From positions 24,749 through 88,748 of the forward strand of contig JAQWQE010000029.1 of assembly GCA_029244925.1 (NCBI GenBank): a stretch of 64,000 nucleotides of DNA, read 5' to 3'. This document shows, one piece after another, positions 1 through 10,100 of this stretch. The notes beneath the pieces were generated by a model that worked only from the letters and a program-made list of their open reading frames with translations, was not told the DNA's origin and made no database searches. Position 1 is the stretch's first letter, and each line of letters begins with the position of its first letter. This DNA comes from Gammaproteobacteria bacterium. GTDB lineage: Bacteria > Pseudomonadota > Gammaproteobacteria > Steroidobacterales > UBA11654. The translations under genes and the position numbers were made by a program.

Positions 1-186
1 GTATCGCATGCGAATAATAGAACTCGCAGAATGTTTTTTCCAAACCTGCATACGCATCGTATTTGGGTTGAGAGCCAAAATAAATTCGTCAAACTACGAA
101 TAACAAAAAAAGGGCTCAGAACCATCGATAAGCTAGGTATTGATCATGTACTATCAAATCTAAAAGAATATGGGGTAAGAGGATAA
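1..186 (+). CDS. rpmB: 50S ribosomal protein L28, C-terminal part (5' end outside window)
   Basis: Absent from the ORF track because no start lies in the window. Frame 1 reads [61 protein letters not shown], stop TAA 184-186. It contains the L28 core pattern R..F.PNL...R.WV and is followed by L33, as in the conserved rpmBG pair. Confidence 0.9.
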   Translation, partial: VSHANNRTRRMFFPNLHTHRIWVESQNKFVKLRITKKGLRTIDKLGIDHVLSNLKEYGVRG

Positions 187-341
187 TGCGCGAAAAAATA
201 AAACTCGTCTCATCAGCAAAGACAGGTCATTACTATACAACGACCAAAAATAAGAAAGAACATCCTGATAAAATGGAAACTAAGAAATTTGATCCCACTA
301 TTAGAAAGCATGTCCTTTATAAAGAATCTAAAATTAAATAA
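186..341 (+). CDS. rpmG: 50S ribosomal protein L33
   Basis: Absent from the ORF track (51 aa). Translation [51 protein letters not shown] is typical L33 (TGHFYTT-like, K..DP..RKHV.YKE.K). The ATG overlaps the rpmB stop (TAATG). Confidence 0.9.
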   Translation: MREKIKLVSSAKTGHYYTTTKNKKEHPDKMETKKFDPTIRKHVLYKESKIK

Positions 342-376
342 TTCTATCTTTAAACTAACTGTGCATAATTATCTTT

Positions 377-1198
377 ATGCCAGAATTACCAGAAGTTGAA
401 GTAACCAAGATAGAATTAGTGCCTCACATAGTAGGCAATACTATCAAGAAAATAATTATCAGAGATCATCGTCTAAGATGGCCTATTAATTATCATGCGT
501 TAAAAAAATTAGAAAATAAGAAAGTTATTTCTTTATCCAGAAGAGGAAAATATATTTTTATTAATAGTGAGGCAGGGACCGCTATGATTCATTTGGGTAT
601 GTCAGGTAGTCTCAGCGTTTTAGATCGGAATACTATCCCAGAAAAACATGATCACTTTGATATTCAATTAGAAAATCAAAAAATAGTTCGATTTAATGAT
701 CCCAGAAGATTTGGCTGCTTCGAGTGGGCTGGTAAAAATCCAGAAAATCATAAGTTAATATCTCATTTAGGTCTGGAACCCTTGGAGAAAGAGTTTACTG
801 GGGATTACTTATACCAAGTCAGTCGCAATAGAACTACTGCAGTAAAAGCTTTGATTATGAATGCTTCTATTGTTGTTGGTGTGGGTAATATTTATGCGAA
901 TGAATCTCTTTTCATGAGTGGTATTCATCCCAAAAGAATGGCAAAAAATATTGCTAAAAACAGATACATATCTTTATCCAAATCAATAAAAAAAATACTA
1001 AAAAAATCCATTAAAGATGGTGGCACTACATTGAGGGATTTTTCCTTCACTTATCAAGAAGAAAAAATTGGGTACTTTAAGCAGAAATTATTCACATACG
1101 ATAGAGAAAATAAAAAATGCAAACAATGCGATGGAACAATTAAGAGAATAGTTCAATTAGGACGAAGTACTTTCTATTGTATTAATTGTCAGCATTAA
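377..1198 (+). CDS. mutM: Formamidopyrimidine-DNA glycosylase
   Basis: 273 aa. N-terminal MPELPEVE catalytic motif and a C-terminal zinc finger CKQC-x16-CINC. Sits downstream of rpmBG as in E. coli. Confidence 0.95.
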   Translation: MPELPEVEVTKIELVPHIVGNTIKKIIIRDHRLRWPINYHALKKLENKKVISLSRRGKYIFINSEAGTAMIHLGMSGSLSVLDRNTIPEKHDHFDIQLENQKIVRFNDPRRFGCFEWAGKNPENHKLISHLGLEPLEKEFTGDYLYQVSRNRTTAVKALIMNASIVVGVGNIYANESLFMSGIHPKRMAKNIAKNRYISLSKSIKKILKKSIKDGGTTLRDFSFTYQEEKIGYFKQKLFTYDRENKKCKQCDGTIKRIVQLGRSTFYCINCQH

Positions 1199-1202
1199 GG
1201 AA

Positions 1203-2900
1203 CTAATAAAAATCTATTTCTGAATTTTCAATTAATGCTCTTGGATCAGAAGATGCCTTCACCGAACCATCAGATTTTTTATAAGTAACAACCTGCATGT
1301 TTCCATAATCGCCAATTTCTTTTAAAGAATGGCCTTTAGATACAAGGCTATCAATAACGTCCTCACCAAAAGCATCTTTCTCATGATGAATTTCATCTGG
1401 TAAGTATTGATGATGAAATCTTCTTCCTGATGTCATTGCATCGGCATCAGCTCCTTCAGTCCATGAAATTAAAGACAACAATACCATCGTAATGATTTTT
1501 GCGCCGCCAGGTGTACCTAAAATAGCAAGATCGTCTTTTGATTCAATAAAAGTTGGGCTCATGCTAGAAACCATTCTTTTATTTGGAGCTTTCGAATTAG
1601 CTTCACCATGGACTAAGCCGTATCTATTCGGAGCAAACGCTTTAGCAGAAAAATCATCCATTTCATTATTTAAAATAAATCCTGCAGATGGAAGCATATA
1701 GCCAGACCCAAACCAGGTATTAATAGTCTGTGTGGTAGAAACACGGTTACCATCTTGATCTAAAATAGAAAAGTGAGTGGTCTCTGTACCTTTTTCTTTA
1801 GGGTTTGCTTCAAAAGACTTGCCAATCTGTTTACTGGGTGTGGCTCGATCTAAATTAATACTAGAAGAGTGTTTAATTGCATTATTTTTACTAATAAGTT
1901 TTAAAACAGGTACAACTACAAAATCAGGGTCGCCGAGAAACTCCGATCGATCTTTATAAGCCCTTCTCATCGCCTCGGTAATTAAGTGCACAAACTCAGC
2001 AGTATTCATATCTCTATAATTATATTCTGAGAGAATATTTAAGATTGTAGCAATTGTGGTTCCGCCCGATGAAGGAGGGGGGGCTAATGTTAACTGATAA
2101 TCGGAAAACTTAACCTGAAGAGGTTCTCTTTCTACTATCTCATAGTTTTTAAAATCATTTGTAGTCCATATGGAGCCACTTTCATTGGATTCTGTAACGA
2201 TAGTTTCCGTAAGCTCGCTGTTGTAAAAACCATCGTGTCCTTGGCTAGCTATAACTCTTAAGGTATTGGCTAGCTCAGGCTGCTTAATCAATGTGCCAAC
2301 CTCTGGAATTTCACCCTCAAGAGTAAAATTCTCTATAAATTTTGGTGACATCACATCAATTGCTATAGCAACCTTAAGAGCTGTAATAAACCTCTCATAT
2401 ACAGGAAATCCATTCTCTGCTAAAGCAATAGCAGGAGCTAAAACTTGATCAAGTGGTAACACTCCATACTTCTCTGAAACATGAGTTAAGCCTGCTGCTA
2501 AACCAGGTATCCCAGCTGCTAACGTGCCATCAAGAGACACTCGAGGTATTACATTTTTGAATTCATCAAGATACATGTCTGCATCAGCCTTACCTGGTGC
2601 TTTTTCTCTAGCATCAACAAAAATCTGAAATTGATCAGATTCACGATGCAAAAGAAAAAATCCTCCTCCGCCTAAACCAGAGCTATATGGCTCTACCACT
2701 GATAAAACTGAACTGACCGCTACAGCTGCATCAAATGCATTACCACCTTGCTTTAAAATATCATAACCGGCTTGCGTTGCTAGTGGGTGTGCGGATGCAA
2801 TTGCTGGATCATTGGGGCTGACATTGCCAGCAAAAGAGCTCCAAGAAATAATGCAAGAGATAATAATGAAATATTTACAATTAGTAATGCTCTTAAACAT
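1203..2900 (-). CDS. ggt: Gamma-glutamyltranspeptidase
   Basis: 565 aa with a hydrophobic signal-like N-terminus. GGT motifs GLGGGGF and the autoprocessing Thr region GTETTHFSILD. Confidence 0.9.
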   Translation of the reverse strand: MFKSITNCKYFIIISCIISWSSFAGNVSPNDPAIASAHPLATQAGYDILKQGGNAFDAAVAVSSVLSVVEPYSSGLGGGGFFLLHRESDQFQIFVDAREKAPGKADADMYLDEFKNVIPRVSLDGTLAAGIPGLAAGLTHVSEKYGVLPLDQVLAPAIALAENGFPVYERFITALKVAIAIDVMSPKFIENFTLEGEIPEVGTLIKQPELANTLRVIASQGHDGFYNSELTETIVTESNESGSIWTTNDFKNYEIVEREPLQVKFSDYQLTLAPPPSSGGTTIATILNILSEYNYRDMNTAEFVHLITEAMRRAYKDRSEFLGDPDFVVVPVLKLISKNNAIKHSSSINLDRATPSKQIGKSFEANPKEKGTETTHFSILDQDGNRVSTTQTINTWFGSGYMLPSAGFILNNEMDDFSAKAFAPNRYGLVHGEANSKAPNKRMVSSMSPTFIESKDDLAILGTPGGAKIITMVLLSLISWTEGADADAMTSGRRFHHQYLPDEIHHEKDAFGEDVIDSLVSKGHSLKEIGDYGNMQVVTYKKSDGSVKASSDPRALIENSEIDFY

Positions 2901-2904
2901 TTAA

Positions 2905-3381
2905 TTATTTACCATATTTTTTAATCAATGCGCTCTGAACGACTGGGTGAACAAAGCCAGTAATGTCTCCACCTTCTTGGGCTATCTGCCTAATCAACGA
3001 GGAGGATATAAAAGCATTTTGGTCACCACTGCTTAAAAATATAGTTTCAATATCATCCGCTAATCTTTTATTCATGCTTGCAAGCTCAAATTCATACTGT
3101 CCATCTGCTGGTGACCTCAAGCCACGAACAATAACATGAGCATCTGATTGTTTAGCAAAATTAATTGTCAGGCCACTATACTTCTTAACTTCAATGTTAC
3201 TAAAAGCATTTAGAACCTCGTTGACCATATTTAACCTTTCATTGATATCAAATAATGGGCTTTTCTCAGGGCTCGAAGCAACTGCAACCACTAAAGTTTC
3301 AAATAGCGTCGAGGCCCTTCTGATAATTTCAAAATGACCATTGGTGATTGGATCAAAAGTGCCAGGATATACAGCAATCAT
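2905..3381 (-). CDS. coaD: Phosphopantetheine adenylyltransferase
   Basis: 158 aa. MIAVYPGTFDPITNGH (HxGH nucleotidyltransferase motif), with typical CoaD length and C-terminus. Confidence 0.95.
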   Translation of the reverse strand: MIAVYPGTFDPITNGHFEIIRRASTLFETLVVAVASSPEKSPLFDINERLNMVNEVLNAFSNIEVKKYSGLTINFAKQSDAHVIVRGLRSPADGQYEFELASMNKRLADDIETIFLSSGDQNAFISSSLIRQIAQEGGDITGFVHPVVQSALIKKYGK

Positions 3382-3400
3382 CTCTCTCTCCTTTTAACAA

Positions 3401-3961
3401 CTAATTACAACAAAGAAGATAATAATATACCTTTCCAGCTTTTGATTCTCTATATATGTTCCATAAAGGTCCATCTAGTTCTAACTCTAAAGCTCTATTG
3501 GTCTCATAATAAACATAGCCTTTTTTTGAAATCCAGTTATTCGCCTGAATTAAATTTAGGATTTTGTCAATTGAATAGTCACCATAAGGTGGGTCTAAAA
3601 AAATAAGATCAAATCTAGTTTCTTTGTTTTTCTGCTCAAGAAATTGAGTTGCGTCAATTTGGATATTTTCACAATTATCGAATTTAAATCTTTCAAGTTG
3701 TTGGCCTAGTGCAATACTAGCTTTTTTTGATTTCTCAATAAATGTAACGCTTTTAGAGCCCCTAGATAAGGCTTCAAGACCTAAAATACCTGAACCAGCA
3801 AAAAGATCTAACACTCTCTTATTTGGAATAATTGACTGCAACCAATTAAAAAGGGTTACCCGAACCCTATCTGTCGTTGGCTTGATGTCTTCTTCTACGA
3901 CCTTAACCTTACTATTTTTAAGCAGACCGCCTATGATTCTAATTGTTTTATTTTTATTCAT
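3401..3961 (-). CDS. rsmD: 16S rRNA (guanine966-N2)-methyltransferase
   Basis: 186 aa. RIIGG..., SAM motif DLFAGSGILGLEALSRG, and the DPPY motif (FLDPPY). Confidence 0.85.
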   Translation of the reverse strand: MNKNKTIRIIGGLLKNSKVKVVEEDIKPTTDRVRVTLFNWLQSIIPNKRVLDLFAGSGILGLEALSRGSKSVTFIEKSKKASIALGQQLERFKFDNCENIQIDATQFLEQKNKETRFDLIFLDPPYGDYSIDKILNLIQANNWISKKGYVYYETNRALELELDGPLWNIYRESKAGKVYYYLLCCN

Positions 3962-4073
3962 ATCATTCTATTATATAGCGCATTTTTATACTAAATACCT
4001 TAATATTTTTAGTACCTATATACCCTCTATTCTATTGATCTATAATGGTTTTTATCATTTTCTCTCATTATTT

Positions 4074-4100
4074 TTAGCACTCTAACAGATAGAGTGCTAA
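4074..4100. promoter_or_regulatory. Perfect 10-bp inverted repeat in the rpoH leader (operator or 5'-UTR hairpin)
   Basis: TTAGCACTCT (4074-4083), a 7-nt spacer, then AGAGTGCTAA (4091-4100). It lies 26 nt upstream of the rpoH ATG and downstream of a perfect TATAAT at 4041-4046. Confidence 0.35.
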
Positions 4101-4125
4101 AATTATTCTCTTTTTTTAAGAAATT

Positions 4126-4983
4126 ATGACAACAGAACTAACATTAAAAAATGAACTGATGCTAGCAGGCCCAATGGGGAGCCTGCAAGCTTATATCAGT
4201 ATTGTCAATCAAGCACCGCTTCTCTCGAGAGATGAAGAAAGAGAGCTTGCTTACCAATATCAAAATCATAACGATCTGGATGCAGCAAGAAAACTCATCA
4301 TGTCACAACTTCGTTTTGTAGTGCACATTGCAAGAAGCTATAATGGTTATGGTTTATCGCTTGCTGACCTTATACAAGAAGGCAATATTGGTCTGATGAA
4401 AGCAGTGAAAAAATTTGATGCCGATCGTGGAGTTAGGTTGGTTACTTATGCTGTACATTGGATAAGAGCTGAAATGCATGAGTTTATTTTTAGCAATTGG
4501 AAAGTAGTTAAGGTTGCCACTACCAAAGCACAAAGAAAGTTATTCTTTAACTTAAGAAAATCAAAAAAGAATCTAGGTTGGCTAACCAAGCAAGAAACAG
4601 AGTCCATTGCGAAAGATCTTGGAGTAAAACCAAAAGAAGTGACAACGATGGAACAGCGTTTTGCCTCTAAAGATATGGCTTTTGATGGCAAAGATAGTGA
4701 AGATGACTTCACTTCTCCATCAGGCTTTCTTACTGCACCTAATTCTGATCCTGCTGAAGCAGTTGAAGGTCATAACTGGCTTGATGAAAATACAGCTCTA
4801 CTAACAGAAGCTATGGAAGGGCTAGATGAAAGAAGCAAAGAAATTATCACTGCTCGATGGTTGAACGATAAAAAACTAACCTTAAAAGTATTGGCTCAAA
4901 AATATAGCATTTCCTTAGAAAGAGTAAGACAGTTAGAAGAAAATGCCATACTCAAGCTTCGTGAATCCCTCACCCAAGCTTAA
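4126..4983 (+). CDS. rpoH: RNA polymerase sigma-32 (heat-shock sigma factor)
   Basis: 285 aa. Region 2 DLIQEGNIGLMKAVKKFD, RpoH-box-like QRKLFFNLRK, and a region 4 HTH at the C-terminus. Confidence 0.95.
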   Translation: MTTELTLKNELMLAGPMGSLQAYISIVNQAPLLSRDEERELAYQYQNHNDLDAARKLIMSQLRFVVHIARSYNGYGLSLADLIQEGNIGLMKAVKKFDADRGVRLVTYAVHWIRAEMHEFIFSNWKVVKVATTKAQRKLFFNLRKSKKNLGWLTKQETESIAKDLGVKPKEVTTMEQRFASKDMAFDGKDSEDDFTSPSGFLTAPNSDPAEAVEGHNWLDENTALLTEAMEGLDERSKEIITARWLNDKKLTLKVLAQKYSISLERVRQLEENAILKLRESLTQA

Positions 4984-5638
4984 ACAAAAAAGAGAAGTCA
5001 CAAGTTTTGTCCGAAGAGCTGGAAGGATAACCTCTGGACAAAAACATGCATGGCAATCCTATTGGGAGCTATATGGAATTCAAAACACAAAAAGAATTAT
5101 TGATACAACCAATGTTTTTAATAAACCCAATAGAAAACTAATAATTGAAATTGGTTTTGGTAATGGGGAGGTCTTAATAGACAGTGCCATAAGAAATCCA
5201 GATAATAATTTCATAGGTATTGAAGTGTATGAATCAGGCATTGGGCAATGCTTAATTCATCTATCAGATAAAAAATTGACCAATGTAAAGTTAATCAATG
5301 AAGATGCAAAGCGTGTTTTAATCCATAGTTTTAAGGATCAAACCATTGATCAAATTAATATTTTCTTTCCGGATCCTTGGCCAAAAAAGAGGCACCATAA
5401 AAGGAGGTTAATCAATAAAGATTTTGTTCTTCTAATGCAAAAAAAATTAAAGAAAAATGGCTGTATTAATATCGCTACCGATTGGGATGATTACGCAGAA
5501 CAAATTATTGATGTGTTTAATAAGAGTAAACTCTTTAAGAAAGCCAATGATCTAACTCTTAACCTGGAAACAAAGTTTGAGAGAAGAGGTCTAAAGTTAG
5601 GTCATAAAATACAAAAATTTACCTTTCAACTCCATTAA
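4943..5638 (+). CDS. trmB: tRNA (guanine46-N7)-methyltransferase
   Basis: 231 aa. Motifs SFVRRAGRITSGQ, EIGFGNGE and FFPDPWPKKRHHKRR. The ATG at 4943 overlaps the rpoH 3' end by 41 nt. The resulting N-terminal length matches E. coli TrmB, so the overlap is probably real. Confidence 0.9.
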   Translation: MPYSSFVNPSPKLKQKREVTSFVRRAGRITSGQKHAWQSYWELYGIQNTKRIIDTTNVFNKPNRKLIIEIGFGNGEVLIDSAIRNPDNNFIGIEVYESGIGQCLIHLSDKKLTNVKLINEDAKRVLIHSFKDQTIDQINIFFPDPWPKKRHHKRRLINKDFVLLMQKKLKKNGCINIATDWDDYAEQIIDVFNKSKLFKKANDLTLNLETKFERRGLKLGHKIQKFTFQLH

Positions 5639-5642
5639 AATT

Positions 5643-7136
5643 CTATCTCTCTTCAGAGCCTAGTTTTATCATTGGTGCAGATAAGCTGCTGGAGCCTTGA
5701 AGATAGCGATCTATCGATAGAGCTGCGCCTCTGCCTTCATTCATAGCCCAAACCACCAATGATTGTCCTCGCCTGCAGTCCCCTGCCGTGAAAACCCCTT
5801 CTTTACTGGTCTCAAATGAGCCATGGGCCGCTGAAATATTATTTCTCTCATCCAAATCAATGCCCATTTGGTTGATTAATGTTTGATCCGGTCCAATAAA
5901 ACCAAGAGCTAGCAACACCAAGTCTGCCTCCCAAACCTTTTCTTTACCCTCAACAATATTCATTTCAAACCTTCCATTATTCTTTTGCCACTTTACTTCA
6001 TTCGTTTTTAAGCCAGTGAGATTATGCTTAGCATCAAAAATAAATTCTTGGCTTAGAGTTGCGTATTCTCGTGGATCATTACCAAATCGCTTTATAGCCT
6101 CTTCATGGCCATAATCAGTCCTGTGAATTACAGGCCATAGAGGCCACGGGTTCAAAGCATCTCTTTCAATAGGAGATTGATCAAGTAGTTCTAAATTAAT
6201 CAAACCCTTGCAACCATGTCTAATAGCTGTAGCAATGCAATCAGTCCCCGTGTCGCCACCTCCAATCACAATTACATTTTTATCTTTTGCATCAATATAG
6301 TTATCATCAGATAAAGAGCTGTTTAAAAGACTTTTTGTATTTTGTGTCAGAAAATCCATAGCAAAATGTATGTTCTTGCTGTCTCTTCCCGGTATATCTA
6401 GATCTCTCGGTATGGTTGAGCCAGTAGCAATTAATACGGCATCAAACGATTGCAGAACGGTCTCAGATTCTATATCAATACCAATATTTGCATTGGTCTT
6501 AAAAACAATACCTGAATCTTCGAGGAGGCTTACTCTCCTGTTCACTACGCTCTTAGATAGCTTCATATTTGGAATACCATACATAAGCAAGCCACCAATG
6601 CGATCCTCTCTTTCAAATACAGTCACTGAATGTCCAACTCCATTGAGTTGATCCGCTGCAGTTAGTCCCGCAGGTCCAGAGCCTATAATGGCAATAGATT
6701 TACCCGTTCTCTTATCAGGTATATTAGGTCTTATCCAACCTTCTTCAAAACCAACATCGACAATTGAGTTTTCAATATCTTTGATGGTGACTGCTGGTTC
6801 ATTAATACCAAGCACACAAGCGCCTTCACATGGAGCCGGGCAAACCCGGCCTGTAAATTCTGGGAAATTATTAGTCTTTGATAGTCTTTCCAACGCTTCT
6901 CGCCAGCGTCCTTTGTATACCAAATCATTCCACTCAGGGATTAAATTATCGATTGGGCACCCATGATCTGATTCACAAAAAGGAACGCCGCAATTCATAC
7001 ATCGAGCGCCTTGCAGTTTTAATTTATTTTTATTTGGTGGAGTATAAATTTCATAATAATCAAGACTCCTCTCAGATGCATCTCTCCAGGGTCTTTTCAG
7101 CCTTGGGAACTCCATAAATCCTGTTGATTTACCCAT
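5643..7136 (-). CDS. gltD: Glutamate synthase small subunit
   Basis: Fe-S Cys cluster (CMNCGVPFC...CPAPCEGAC) and dinucleotide fold IAIIGSGPAGL. The ORF track starts at 7172. I prefer Met13 (ATG 7136-7134, MGKSTGFMEF), which sits 1 nt after the gltB stop and is preceded by GGGGAA. Confidence 0.9.
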   Translation of the reverse strand: MGKSTGFMEFPRLKRPWRDASERSLDYYEIYTPPNKNKLKLQGARCMNCGVPFCESDHGCPIDNLIPEWNDLVYKGRWREALERLSKTNNFPEFTGRVCPAPCEGACVLGINEPAVTIKDIENSIVDVGFEEGWIRPNIPDKRTGKSIAIIGSGPAGLTAADQLNGVGHSVTVFEREDRIGGLLMYGIPNMKLSKSVVNRRVSLLEDSGIVFKTNANIGIDIESETVLQSFDAVLIATGSTIPRDLDIPGRDSKNIHFAMDFLTQNTKSLLNSSLSDDNYIDAKDKNVIVIGGGDTGTDCIATAIRHGCKGLINLELLDQSPIERDALNPWPLWPVIHRTDYGHEEAIKRFGNDPREYATLSQEFIFDAKHNLTGLKTNEVKWQKNNGRFEMNIVEGKEKVWEADLVLLALGFIGPDQTLINQMGIDLDERNNISAAHGSFETSKEGVFTAGDCRRGQSLVVWAMNEGRGAALSIDRYLQGSSSLSAPMIKLGSEER

Positions 7137-7137
7137 A

Positions 7138-10100
7138 CTAATTTCCCCGCCTTTTCGACTTTCTATCTTCAATATTAAAAGTGGATTCTATCTCTTCATT
7201 GTGCTCAGTTCTTTCTTGTAAAACTCTTTTATAATCCGTTGGCATAACTTTTATAAAATGAGATAACACACTTGGCCATTCATTCAGTATATTTTCTGCT
7301 ATTTCTGAAGATGTATAACGATAATGAAGCTCAACCAACCTTAACAGCTCTGCAATACTTTCCTTGTCTTCAACTGCTTCTAATTCAACCATGCCACTAT
7401 TGCAATTTGACTCAAAATTATTATTAGGATCATAGATATAAGCAATACCACCCGACATTCCAGCACCAAAATTAACTCCTGTTGGACCAAGAATAACCAC
7501 GCGCCCCCCTGTCATGTATTCACAAGCATGATCGCCTACACCTTCAACCACGGCTCTAGCTCCACTGTTTCTAACACAAAATCGTTCTGCTGCCCTGCCT
7601 CTAAAAAAACCAATCCCAGAGGTTGCGCCATACATTGCAACGTTACCAATAATGATATTATTCTCTGCCTTGAATAAACTTTCTTTGGGAGGGGTAACAA
7701 TTATTTTTCCACCTGATAACCCTTTACCAACATAGTCATTTGAGTCTCCGCTTAAATTAAAGCTAATTCCTTTTGACAAGAAAGCACCAAAGCTCTGTCC
7801 TGCTGAGCCTTTAAAATAAACATTAATAGTATCGTTTGGTAAGGCTTCTTCACCCCATGCCTTAACAACCTCATTGCTTAACATTGCACCTGTTGCTCTA
7901 TTTTGGTTGCTAATAGGAACCGATATTTCTATTTTTTCCTTAGACTTAATAGAAGCTTTAGCGGATCTAATTAAATGGCGATCTAACACATTTTTAATAT
8001 TATGGTCCTGTTCAATTGTTTTAATAACGCCTACATTGGGTCTTAAATCTGTGGCTTTCTGAAGCAGTAAACTAAGATCAAGGTGACTTCCCTTCCAGTG
8101 ATCAATCGCAGTATTAGACTCCAACAAATCAACTCTTCCGACTAACTCATCAAACGTTTTAATTCCTAGTGTCGCCATAATCTCCCGAGCTTCTTCAGCA
8201 ACCATAAATAAATAATTGATTACATGTTCAGGCTGTCCTGTAAATTTTTCTCTAAGAATTTTATCTTGTGTAGCAATGCCTACAGGGCAAGTATTAAGAT
8301 GGCACTTTCTCATCATAATACAACCCATAGTAATTAAGGGTGCGGTGGAGAATCCCATTTCTTCAGCTCCTAATAATGCAGCAATAATTATATCTCTACC
8401 TGTTTTAAGGCCACCATCAGTTTGAACTTTGACACGACTTCTAAGATTATTTAGCACAAGAGTTTGATGCACTTCTGCTATACCTAATTCCCAAGGTAAT
8501 CCTGCATTCTTTATGCTTGTGAGCGGAGAAGCCCCTGTGCCGCCAACGTCTCCTGAAACAACTATATGATCTGCATGCGCTTTTACAACGCCTGCTGCAA
8601 TAGTGCCAATGCCAACCTCAGATACTAATTTGACACTTATTTCAGCTCTTCGGTTGGCGTTTTTCAAATCAAATATTAATTGGGATAAATCCTCAATTGA
8701 ATAAATATCATGATGTGGAGGAGGACTAATTAAACCCACGCCAGGAGTTGAATACCTTATTGAGGCAATCTTTTCGTCCACCTTCCTGCCTGGTAATTCT
8801 CCCCCTTCCCCTGGTTTAGCACCTTGTGCGATCTTTATTTGTAACTGCTTAGCACTGGCAATATAAGAAGCAGTCACGCCAAATCGTCCAGAAGCAATTT
8901 GTTTGATCGCAGACGATTTAGAGTCTCCATTGCTTAATGGTTTAAATCGATTGGGATCTTCCCCTCCTTCTCCGCTATTGCTTTTTCCACCGATTCGATT
9001 CATCGCAATGGCTAAGGTTTCATGTGCCTCTGAAGATATGGAGCCAAAACTCATAGCGCCTGTATTAAAACGCTTAACAATTGAACTGGCTGGTTCAACA
9101 TCTGAAATATCAATTTGTTGATTCTTTTCAATTGCTTGGAAACTCAATAAACCTCTAAGGCTCAGGGATTCTTCAGCTTGAGCATTGGCTATCTTTGCAA
9201 ATTTTTTATAGGCAGACTGATCGTTCATCCTAGCTGCGTATTGAAGGGACCAAATAGCTTCTGGGTTCCAAGCTTTTTTCTCTCCCTTGCTCCTCCAATG
9301 ATACTCTCCCGGATTAGGTAAGCTTGCAATAGCTAAACTCTTATTATTTGGGAATCCTAGCTTATGCCTTCTGATGGCTTCGTCTTTCAAAACATTGAAC
9401 CCAGAACCTGACACTCTGGAAGCAGTTCCACTGAAACATAGCTCAATCACATTATTGGCTAATCCCACAGCTTCAAATATTTGTGCACCCTTATATGATT
9501 GTAGGGTTGAAATTCCCATTTTTCCCATAACTTTTAATATCCCTTTAACAGCAGCCTGTCTATAAGCATCAATAAGCTCAATATCATCTGTCAGGGGTAT
9601 TCTGTTTTCGGGTCCGCGATGATGGTGTGAGTGTCCTATTAATCCATCATCTCTTGCCTGTAATATTGCTCCATATGCTAGATAAGGATTAATTGCATCT
9701 GCACCATAGCCAAACAAGAGACAGAAGTGATGAACCTCTCTAGCTTCAGCTGATTCAACAACAATGCCTATTTGAGTTCTCTTAGCAATCTTCACCAAAT
9801 GATGATGCACAGCTCCACAAGCCATGAGCATAGACATTGCGGCTTTATCCTTCTTAGCCATTCGATCCGATAAAACAACAAAACTGAAACCCTCATCAAC
9901 TGCTTCTTCAACCTCACTGCATAATTCGTTAATCCTTATTTGCAGAGACTCTTTAGAATCCTCAGAAGCATCGAAAGTAATATCAACCGTTTTTGATCGT
10001 TGGCCATTGTGATTAAGATGTTTAATTGCAGCAAGGGCAGTGTCGGTTAGTATGGGGTTTTCTACCAGCAATCTGGCTGCATGTTCTTTGGTGGGTTCCA

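Noticed and set aside
2077-2083. A G7 homopolymer inside ggt, encoding APPPSS on the minus strand, considered as a possible phase-variation tract.
   Set aside because: The reading frame is intact through it, the run is short, and it encodes a plausible Pro-rich loop. There is no evidence of slippage.
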